From NCBI GenBank assembly GCA_016840465.1, contig JAEOSH010000010.1, positions 19,544 through 51,543 of the forward strand: 32,000 bases of DNA, given 5' to 3'. The notes under the pieces are model-generated. The model was not told where the DNA came from, did not search any database, and saw only the letters and a list, made by a program, of their open reading frames with translations. This document shows positions 25,382 through 32,000 of the stretch, one piece after another. The position numbers were made by a program, and so were the translations under genes. Every line of letters starts with the position of its first letter. Positions within the stretch are counted from its first letter, which is position 1. This stretch comes from Candidatus Baldrarchaeum yapensis. GTDB lineage: Archaea; Asgardarchaeota; Baldrarchaeia; Baldrarchaeales; Baldrarchaeaceae.

Positions 25382-25732
25382 CTATTTTTTCCTCTTAGCG
25401 GCCTTCTCATACTCCAATTCTGCAATTTTTATCGACAGTACCTTGAGCACGACCGAGTTGTGTATCATTTTTACGAGACCGATTACCACGACTCTCTGAT
25501 TGTTGTACTCCTCGAAGCATAACTGTTCCAGCCCGTAGCACGTTATCCTCATTCCCCTTGATGTGAGCACACCGACGCAGTAGTCCTGCTCTGGTAGATT
25601 CACAGTATAAAGGGGGCCCCGAGGGGTCTTCCCGGTGTAGATCATCGTCCCCTCCACTTCGACCTCCTTACCCAGATATTCATCGGGACGCTCCAATATG
25701 TCGACGAGAGTCGTCTTTATAATTTTTGTCAT
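25382..25732 (-). CDS. Small hypothetical protein, OB-fold-like, overlapping the 3' end of the antiporter gene
   Basis: TLVDILERPDEYLGKEVEVEGTMIY...QRVVVIGLVKMIHNSVVLKVLSIKI has an OB-barrel-like pattern with a basic helical tail. ATG 25732 is preferred over TTG 25753 and is preceded by GGGAGG. It overlaps 25680..26900 by 53 nt in another frame. Confidence 0.45.
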   Translation of the reverse strand: MTKIIKTTLVDILERPDEYLGKEVEVEGTMIYTGKTPRGPLYTVNLPEQDYCVGVLTSRGMRITCYGLEQLCFEEYNNQRVVVIGLVKMIHNSVVLKVLSIKIAELEYEKAAKRKK

Positions 25733-26900
25733 GGGAGGTATCGCCTCCCACAAGCAAATACTTCAGCACCAAAGGAGTTAAAAAAGTCGTTATCAGCACA
25801 ACCACCACGAGCACCGCGTACCACATGGCGTCTATGATGTTCATCAACAGCCCAATCTCGGCAAATATCAACACCACCTCGCTCCGAGGAACCATGCCCA
25901 TGCCCAGCACGTAGGGGGATTTTCCCTTCGCGCCACGAATCTTACCCGCGATGATTCCACCTATAAGCTTACCCAAAACTGCAAGTGCACATACCGCCAA
26001 ACCCACGAGTATTGCTTCCCCCAATACCCCAACGTCGATCTTCATGCCTATGTTTATCATAAAAATGGGCACCGTGAGGAAGGCAACCTGCGAAACTCCC
26101 GTCAAAATTTCATCTCTCATCTCCGTCTCCGCAAGTATAAGGCCCGCAAAATATGCCCCAACTATTGGTGACAGACCCACATACGCCGCCAAAAACCCAA
26201 TAAAGAGGGCAAAGCCGAAACTAAAGATTATTATTGCACCACGACTCTCGAGAAGCCAGAGCCTCGGAGCCACGTAAAGAACAAATAGCACCCCAAATAT
26301 GAGGAGCCCGAGCATGAAAAACCCCACTGGCACAAGAACTTCGAAGAAGTCATGTGGAGAGAAGGCGCCCGCGGCTACCGCGTCCACTACCGGAACCAAG
26401 AACAGTATTACGAGAAGGTCATCGAGAACTGCCGCTACAACTATCGTTTGTGCCTCCCATTCTCTCAATTTTCCGAAGTCGGAAAAAACCCTCACAGTTA
26501 TACCAATGCTCGTAGCGCTCAGCGCAAACCCCATAAATACGGCCAAGATGATGTTGCTGGATACGAAAAACACCAAGGGGAGAATGAGCAGGATTGTGAA
26601 TGCAAACCCACCTATTGCAAGCACCGTCGCCGAGGGGCCACTTTTCAAAATCATCCTTATGTCCGTCTCTAAACCCGCAATAAACAACAATGTTATGGCT
26701 CCTAACATCGAAATGAACTCTATCACCGTACTTGGCCTGAGTATTCCCAGAACATATGGCCCTAAAATTATGCCCACCAGCACTTGACCTATGACCTCAG
26801 ATTGACGCCCCCTCTTCGAAATTTCAGCAGCAAGCAAGCCCACGAGTAGCGCAATGCTGTACACAAAGAGATCATTGACGATCTCATGTTGCGTAAACAT
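25680..26900 (-). CDS. Cation/proton antiporter, CPA2 (Kef/NapA-type) membrane domain
   Basis: Contains QSEVIGQVLVGIILGPYVLG, LLFIAGLETD, SATSIGITVRV and VVAAVLDDLLVILFL (DD motif), with about 11-12 TM helices. Confidence 0.85.
   Translation of the reverse strand: MFTQHEIVNDLFVYSIALLVGLLAAEISKRGRQSEVIGQVLVGIILGPYVLGILRPSTVIEFISMLGAITLLFIAGLETDIRMILKSGPSATVLAIGGFAFTILLILPLVFFVSSNIILAVFMGFALSATSIGITVRVFSDFGKLREWEAQTIVVAAVLDDLLVILFLVPVVDAVAAGAFSPHDFFEVLVPVGFFMLGLLIFGVLFVLYVAPRLWLLESRGAIIIFSFGFALFIGFLAAYVGLSPIVGAYFAGLILAETEMRDEILTGVSQVAFLTVPIFMINIGMKIDVGVLGEAILVGLAVCALAVLGKLIGGIIAGKIRGAKGKSPYVLGMGMVPRSEVVLIFAEIGLLMNIIDAMWYAVLVVVVLITTFLTPLVLKYLLVGGDTSHDKNYKDDSRRHIGASR
25733..25749 (-). promoter_or_regulatory. 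Hairpin pairing the SD-like GGGAGG with CCTCCC immediately upstream of ATG 25732
   Basis: The minus-strand mRNA reads GGGAGG-cgata-CCUCCC-AUG, a perfect 6-bp stem with a 5-nt loop. It lies inside the last codons of the antiporter ORF. Confidence 0.4.
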
Positions 26901-26920
26901 CTCCGATCACCCCCCAAGTT

Positions 26921-26942
26921 CATTGCAAATATAATTGCAATG
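26921..26942 (-). promoter_or_regulatory. TATA box embedded in an 8-bp inverted repeat (CATTGCAA-ATATAA-TTGCAATG) upstream of the antiporter gene
   Basis: The arms are perfectly complementary. The AT hexamer is centred about 31 nt upstream of ATG 26900. Confidence 0.4.
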
Positions 26943-27602
26943 AAAGGAGAAATGCGTTAAGCATCTCTTTCAACTCTTTCCGCTTTATTAAACATTATGA
27001 ATCCTACCATTTGGAGAACTTTCTGGCTCAAATGGCCATAAAATGCCCAATTTCTACACTATTCGCAGTTAAAGTCTCAAAGACCGCGCATAAAAATAGT
27101 GGGGCTTTAATAAGAAATCGTGATCTCCTCACATCATTGGTACTATCCGGACTCTTTATGGTTACTCAAGTGAATAATACCAATACATGTCCGCTGAGAG
27201 ATCGGCCTCCGTTGCATGATGATGACGATGACATTGACACCTTACAAAGAATACTCTTCAGTATCATCAACGAAGGTGGTCTTAACGACATAAAATGCTA
27301 TGACGTCCTATTAAAACTGATAATGTCCGTACGCTCGCTCATTATCGAAAGTTACTTTGGCAACGTCATAAAGATACTCAGATTTGGAGGAAAGACTTAT
27401 TGAAAAATGCATAATAATTAGTGCTAGGGAGAAACTCGAGAAGGAAAGATAATAACCTCGAGGAAGTATCGCCTCCTCAAACATACCTCCTCACACATTT
27501 TATTTTCATAGCTTACTACTATCGAAGCACGTTCAAGCAAGACACTATTTTTAAACGCATTAAAAACGTAAGAGATATCGCCCACCACGAGACGGTGGTC
27601 TC

Positions 27603-28442
27603 ATGTGCACGCTGATCGTGTTCTTGAAGAAACTTGCCGATTACCCCATAATTGCGCTCCACAACAGATATGAAAGAAGGGGAACAAGAGAGCTTCCCCC
27701 TAGAGTCATGGATGGAAAGTATAGGGTGTTCTGCCCCATAGACGTAAGATCCGGAGGAACGTGGGTTGGCTTCAACGAAAGGGGGCTGTTTGCGGCGGTA
27801 ACGGATCAGCACACGGCACCTCCCGTCGATACCGAGAAAAGTCGCGGAATGCTACTACTAGAGGTTCTAAGGGAGTTTTCAAGCGCCATGGATGCCATCG
27901 AACACATAAAAGAAAACGTGCGCGAATATAAGCGCGGAAACTTCGTAGTTGCAGACTTTGAGGCGGCTTTCCACCTTATACATGACGAGAACATCATTCT
28001 CATGGAGCTGAAGCCCGGAATTCACGTAATCACAAACCTGATGATAGTGCCCGGCGTTAGGATGACAGATCTTGCCAGGGCAATATTTGAGGATGTGGAG
28101 GCACGCCGCCGCAGAGCGGTGGAACTGGCAAGCAGGGTGAGAGCACGCAATATAGAGGAATTCATCGGAAAAGTGAAAGAGATCGCGGCGGATCACGGAG
28201 AGGGAAGATCCAGAAGATCAATATGTTATCATAATGAGAAGGGAGACTGGATGATGACCTCCTCCACGATAATTGCGATCTCGAGAGATATAAGCAGATC
28301 GAAACTTCTCTACTGCAGCGGGAACCCGTGTGAAAATCCCTTCAGGGACTTTTCGGAAATCGTTCAACGCGCCGGAAAACAAATTAGTACCAAAGAGTTT
28401 CAATCAACTGATGGAACTCTCCGACAACGTATTGTATTTTAA
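27603..28442 (+). CDS. TANGO2 / NRDE-family protein (Ntn-hydrolase-like; Cys2 after the initiator Met)
   Basis: MCTLIVF...ALHNRYERR..(NRDE-like)..PIDVRSGGTWVGFNERGLFAAVTDQ fits the family pattern MC...NRDE...GGTW.G.N..G..A.LTN. Confidence 0.7.
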   Translation: MCTLIVFLKKLADYPIIALHNRYERRGTRELPPRVMDGKYRVFCPIDVRSGGTWVGFNERGLFAAVTDQHTAPPVDTEKSRGMLLLEVLREFSSAMDAIEHIKENVREYKRGNFVVADFEAAFHLIHDENIILMELKPGIHVITNLMIVPGVRMTDLARAIFEDVEARRRRAVELASRVRARNIEEFIGKVKEIAADHGEGRSRRSICYHNEKGDWMMTSSTIIAISRDISRSKLLYCSGNPCENPFRDFSEIVQRAGKQISTKEFQSTDGTLRQRIVF

Positions 28443-28511
28443 AATGCAAAGTCCTCTTAAAGTCAACACTCCATATTTGCTGGTTCAATGCCCTACTCGG
28501 AGGATGCAGGT

Positions 28512-30248
28512 ATGGAATCTCACTATAATCTGGCGATAATCGCCATACTCGTTTTAATTGGGTACTTAATTGTTGGAATCTTCCTGTACAACTATGTCGA
28601 CTTCGCGATAAAGATGGAATCCGATGTTGAAGGCAATGCGGTCTATAACGAATATCACGTCCAAATCAGGGTGTTGAGGGATGGCTCCCTCAACATCACT
28701 GAGGTTATGGATGTGGAGCTAAACGCGTGGAAAGGCGAATTCCGCTTCGGCTACAGGATAATTCCGATCTCCGGATTCGATCACATAAGGGATTTCCGGG
28801 CGTTCCAAGTAGTTAACGGCAGTCTAAAAGAACTTAATGCCGAACTCATCGACGCGTTCGGCAAGGTGGGAATGAAGTTCTACTTCGTAAAACCAATAAT
28901 AAGCGGAAACGTGACCTTCATCATCAATTACATCGTGGTAAATGCAATTTGGGCAGATGGAAACAAAAACTACCTGAAATGGAAAATTTTCCCCGAACAG
29001 CACCCCTACATAAGGAGGGGATCGCTTAAGATAATAGTCCCGAGACCGCTGGACGTGTATGTTGAGGTCCACCCCGACCACTACTCATCCCGGATAAGTA
29101 TAGAGCACTATCCCAATGAAACGGTAATAATAGGCGATGTGGGGGCACTTGGCGAGACGGACACCATCAGCATGATTGTGTCTTTCGAAAAATTCATAGA
29201 ACCCGAATTCTCCCTGCGGAAATCCCTCAGTTCAAGTAACTTACTGTATGTAATTCCGCTGGTGCTATTTGCGGGAGCGCTCATAGTAAGCGTGCACGTA
29301 TATCGCAAAAACAAGAGGAAGGAGGAAGTTTTCCCCGAGAGAGTAATAAGTGAACTGGATCCCATGGAGTTCTCGTACCTTAAGAACGAAGACATCGACC
29401 AACTCGCTGTGCTTGCTGGAATTCTGGATCTAGGGTCAAAAAGGGTTCTGAGAATATCATTTGACAATGGAAGGATGCGAGTGTATGAATGGGAGCCTGA
29501 TAAGGTGGCGTCACTCTCGCCATGGACTCAGGCGCTGTATGAGGAGATGAAAAATATGAGACTCATCGATGGGAAGGGCTCGATAGGGACGGAGGAACTA
29601 TTGATGCTGAGCCTAGCCTTACTTCCGTATGAGGATAGAATAGAAAGTGAACTTATTAGCAAAGGCTACTTAAGAGAGGTGCATCCCTGCGCTGGAAAAA
29701 TACGCGCGCTATCGCAAATTCTCATACCTTTAGAGATTATGGGAATCGCGCTGCACGCTTACGGGATATCCGCCGCCTACATTGCGTTCTTCGTGATCGG
29801 GCTCCTCCTCCTGATACCCTTGATAATACTCTTCCTAGTACCCATGAAGACGGCGCTGGGCCTCGGTGCAGTCGATGCGGTCAAGGAAAAGGTGAAGTCT
29901 TTACTTTACGAGATCCGCGACACCCTAAAAACCGAGAAGCCCGATTACAGACTGTTAAACACGTTCTTCGGGAAATTCCTCCCGTACGCAATGGCATTCG
30001 CTCCCACAATCATACCTATGATGAGAGAGGAGTTCGAGCACATTCCTCCGGTCATCTGGTACCCTTACTACTATTACGTGAGAGAAGAAACCCTCCAAGT
30101 ACCAACACTTGACATAGGCTCGTTTATAAACAGTCTGACTTCATTCGTTGAGGCCACATTATCAGCAATTTCGCATGGCGGCGCGGTAGGTGAAGGGGCG
30201 GTGGGCGGGGGAGGCTTTGGAGGAGGTGGAACCTCAGGCTTCGGATAA
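28512..30248 (+). CDS. DUF2207-like membrane protein with a Gly-rich C-terminal tail
   Basis: It has an N-terminal TM helix, a ~230-aa extracytoplasmic domain, a TM helix, a cytoplasmic segment, two more TM helices and the family-typical tail GEGAVGGGGFGGGGTSGFG. ATG 28512 is preceded by GGAGGAT at 6-nt spacing. The track ORF opens at 28488. Confidence 0.65.
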   Translation: MESHYNLAIIAILVLIGYLIVGIFLYNYVDFAIKMESDVEGNAVYNEYHVQIRVLRDGSLNITEVMDVELNAWKGEFRFGYRIIPISGFDHIRDFRAFQVVNGSLKELNAELIDAFGKVGMKFYFVKPIISGNVTFIINYIVVNAIWADGNKNYLKWKIFPEQHPYIRRGSLKIIVPRPLDVYVEVHPDHYSSRISIEHYPNETVIIGDVGALGETDTISMIVSFEKFIEPEFSLRKSLSSSNLLYVIPLVLFAGALIVSVHVYRKNKRKEEVFPERVISELDPMEFSYLKNEDIDQLAVLAGILDLGSKRVLRISFDNGRMRVYEWEPDKVASLSPWTQALYEEMKNMRLIDGKGSIGTEELLMLSLALLPYEDRIESELISKGYLREVHPCAGKIRALSQILIPLEIMGIALHAYGISAAYIAFFVIGLLLLIPLIILFLVPMKTALGLGAVDAVKEKVKSLLYEIRDTLKTEKPDYRLLNTFFGKFLPYAMAFAPTIIPMMREEFEHIPPVIWYPYYYYVREETLQVPTLDIGSFINSLTSFVEATLSAISHGGAVGEGAVGGGGFGGGGTSGFG

Positions 30249-30480
30249 CCAGTAGTGGTATGCTGATGAACATCAGGGTAGTATGCATGGAGAAACCGTT
30301 CAACGAGGCGGTGGATTATGGGGTATGAGTGTTTTCTTATACGTCGGGCGCCGAGAAGAGGGTACTCACTGTGTTCTCAAGACTCGTGGTGAGTAAACCC
30401 GAAAAGATAAAGGAAGAGTTTAGCCTAAAATTAGAATGTGCATCATAAGGATAGATGTAATAATTATGTGTACGAAAATA

Positions 30481-30906
30481 TCATTCAGTCACCGTCTTGG
30501 AATCTGATACCGCCTCTATTCCCAGCTTCTCCTTTACATCGCTCAACTTCGCAACTATGTCTTCATCAAATGTAACGAACCTTTTAGCCCCAATTAGCTT
30601 GCATGCGGTCACGTGGAGGAGGTCTAGGGTTCTCAATTTGGTCACAGAGGACAATTCGAGAGCAACCGTAAGCATGTTATTAAAGTCCACATCAACTATC
30701 TCGACTCCCGCTTTCTCAACCGAGTATATCGCCACTGCCACCGGATCCTCGATTCCCGCCCTCGAGTACACAGACGCCATCTCTACAAGTGCAAGCTTAC
30801 TCGTAACTTTTCTCTTCAATCTTCCCAGCAGTTTCTTGGCTTTTTTATGGTTCGGATCCTTCACATCAATATACGCAATAATGACATTTGTGTCCACATA
30901 ATTCAT
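30481..30906 (-). CDS. vapC: PIN-domain toxin VapC
   Basis: Contains MNYVDTNVIIAY (first acidic residue), LALVEMASV, TLDLLHV and FVTFDEDI. It overlaps the upstream antitoxin gene by ATGA. Confidence 0.85.
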   Translation of the reverse strand: MNYVDTNVIIAYIDVKDPNHKKAKKLLGRLKRKVTSKLALVEMASVYSRAGIEDPVAVAIYSVEKAGVEIVDVDFNNMLTVALELSSVTKLRTLDLLHVTACKLIGAKRFVTFDEDIVAKLSDVKEKLGIEAVSDSKTVTE

Positions 30907-31154
30907 CGCTCCCGGCTCTCCCTCAAGATCTCGTTAAGGCCCCCATGTTCTATCACGAAATTCCTCCTCCTTAACTCCTCGACCTTCTTATATACTTCGT
31001 CCCAAAACTTTATTTCCTCCCGCACCTCTCCAAGCCCCTTTTCCATAATTATGTTAAAAGCATGAGAACGGCTCCTCGCTAGCCCATACCTCACCATTTT
31101 GTCTGCTATTTCGACGACTTCTCGTCTAACCTTGATGGAGACCGTCACGGACAT
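30903..31154 (-). CDS. vapB: VapB antitoxin, ribbon-helix-helix (CopG-like)
   Basis: MSVTVSIKVRREVVEIADKMVRYGLARSRSHAFNIIMEKGL is an RHH-like beta-alpha-alpha. ATG 31154 (Met29 of the track ORF) is preferred because the upstream 28 codons are hydrophobic and run into the promoter region. Confidence 0.7.
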   Translation of the reverse strand: MSVTVSIKVRREVVEIADKMVRYGLARSRSHAFNIIMEKGLGEVREEIKFWDEVYKKVEELRRRNFVIEHGGLNEILRESRER

Positions 31155-31568
31155 TCTTACCCCTTTAAAACACCCTATTTTCAGCGCACTAAATATACCT
31201 AGTATACCATGGTATACTATTAATACCCAGTAAATCAACGTTTCTATCCAGCATCAAAAGTGTATGTAAAAATCCACGTGCAAAATAACGACCCAAAGGC
31301 TCTGATTTCAAGAAATAAAATCTGTGGCAAGATAAGAATGTGCGAAAATTCATAATAACGTGAAAGAAAGTTGATACTGAGGAAGGTTAGCCATAATATG
31401 TGAAATAACCACGAAGGGTCATTTCACCCGAATTGTGACCTAAGAAGTAACTACCACATTTTTACCCTTCCGCGTAAATATTTTGATGGTGCTGTAACAC
31501 TTCAGATGGTGCCACCGATGGGTAATGAGAGTACGTCTATCAGAAAAAATCAAAGCGTTGATAAGATT

Positions 31569-32000
31569 ATGAGCGAAATAACCCCGAAATTCAAATTATG
31601 GCTCGAATATAAGGGAAAGCCGGTATTGGGAAATGGAGGGGCAAGTATCCTCGAAAAAATAAGAGAGCTGGGAAGCTTGTTAGAGGCGGCTCACTCATTA
31701 TCCGTATCGTATCGCTACGCGTGGGGATATCTTAAAAAGATGGAAGAGAGACTCGGGCTCCCGGTAATAGAAACGTACAAGGGCGGCGCAAAAGGGGGAG
31801 GTAGCACTTACCTGACGGAGTTGGGGGAGTTCCTGCTCAGGAAGCACAGGAGATTGAAGGAGTTCATAGAATACGCGCTGAAGAGCCCGGAACTCTGGGA
31901 AGCTTACGGCCTACGTGTTAGCGAGAAAAACAGGATAAGAGGCAGGATCGTTAAGGTCGAGAGGGACGATAAGGTTGCAAAAATAAAGATAGCCGTAGAA
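31569..32000 (+). CDS. ModE-like regulator (N-terminal ModE/LysR-type HTH followed by TOBE/Mop-like domain); C-terminus beyond right edge
   Basis: Absent from the track because it is open at the edge. Contains GNGGASILEKIRELGSLLEAAHSLSVSYRYAWGYLKKMEERLGLPVIETYKGGAKGGGSTYLTELG, then RNRIRGRIVKVERDDKVAKIKIAVE (TOBE-like). In-frame alternative ATGs lie at 31506 and 31518. Confidence 0.7.
   Translation, partial: MSEITPKFKLWLEYKGKPVLGNGGASILEKIRELGSLLEAAHSLSVSYRYAWGYLKKMEERLGLPVIETYKGGAKGGGSTYLTELGEFLLRKHRRLKEFIEYALKSPELWEAYGLRVSEKNRIRGRIVKVERDDKVAKIKIAVE

Noticed and set aside
25726-26787. Plus-strand ORFs 25726..25914, 25951..26277, 26299..26787 and 26352..26672
   Set aside because: They are antisense to the CPA2 antiporter gene, which has clear family motifs. 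The translations are Thr/Ser/Pro/Lys-rich low-complexity sequence.
27011-27403. A 130-aa ORF starting at TTG (internal ATG at 27032)
   Set aside because: It has no ribosome-binding motif or promoter box in a sensible position and no recognisable domain. Its composition is odd (a DDDDD run and hydrophobic patches without TM length). It is kept only as part of the gene-poor-gap finding.
30260-30448. A 62-codon frame (MLMNIRVVCMEKPFNEAVDYGV-TGA-VFSYTSGAEKRVLTVFSRLVVSKPEKIKEEFSLKLECAS) interrupted by one in-frame TGA at 30326-30328; considered as a selenoprotein or recoding candidate, or a pseudogene
   Set aside because: I could not recognise a SECIS-like structure or any homology, and both pieces are very short. 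Chance open frames of this size are common, and nothing in this window indicates a selenocysteine-using lineage. It is worth a BLAST only.

Overview
The window looks archaeal. AT-rich BRE/TATA-like boxes sit about 25-45 nt upstream of starts. GGTGA/GGAGG ribosome-binding motifs and oligo-T terminators are present, as are a FlaK-type peptidase, V4R proteins and AGA/AGG/ATA-rich codon usage. The lineage cannot be assigned without a database search. I call 30 protein-coding genes and found no rRNA, tRNA or CRISPR array. All calls rest on reading the translations and recognising motifs; no searches or structure predictions were run.

Gene order, left to right:
- Partial family-5 ABC solute-binding protein.
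- A 645-aa cytoplasmic protein built of repeated beta-sandwich modules.
- A PaaK/F390-synthetase-like ligase followed by a Sir2 deacylase.
- Two tandem V4R proteins.
- A FlaK-like A24 peptidase translationally coupled to a P-loop-less KaiC-like protein.
- A divergent four-gene operon: TIM-barrel protein, a second P-loop-less KaiC-like protein, an 882-aa internally triplicated coiled-coil protein with a C-terminal winged helix, and a longin-like domain fused to an Arf/SRbeta-like small GTPase.
- A solo InsA-like zinc-ribbon/HTH gene.
- A heavily sequon-decorated surface protein and a membrane-anchored ArsR-like regulator.
- HAD hydrolase, DUF2148-like, VTT/DedA-like and MBL-fold genes.
- A threonine-synthase-like protein lacking the PLP lysine and fused to a PadR domain, directly upstream of pdxS-pdxT.
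- A CPA2 antiporter with an overlapping small OB-like gene.
- TANGO2/NRDE-like and DUF2207-like genes.
- vapBC.
- A partial ModE-like regulator.

The two most interesting candidates:
1. The GTPase / coiled-coil / pseudo-KaiC operon, with the neighbouring V4R pair. It combines eukaryote-trafficking-like building blocks.
2. The ThrC-pseudoenzyme-PadR fusion, as a possible vitamin-B6 sensor for pdxST.
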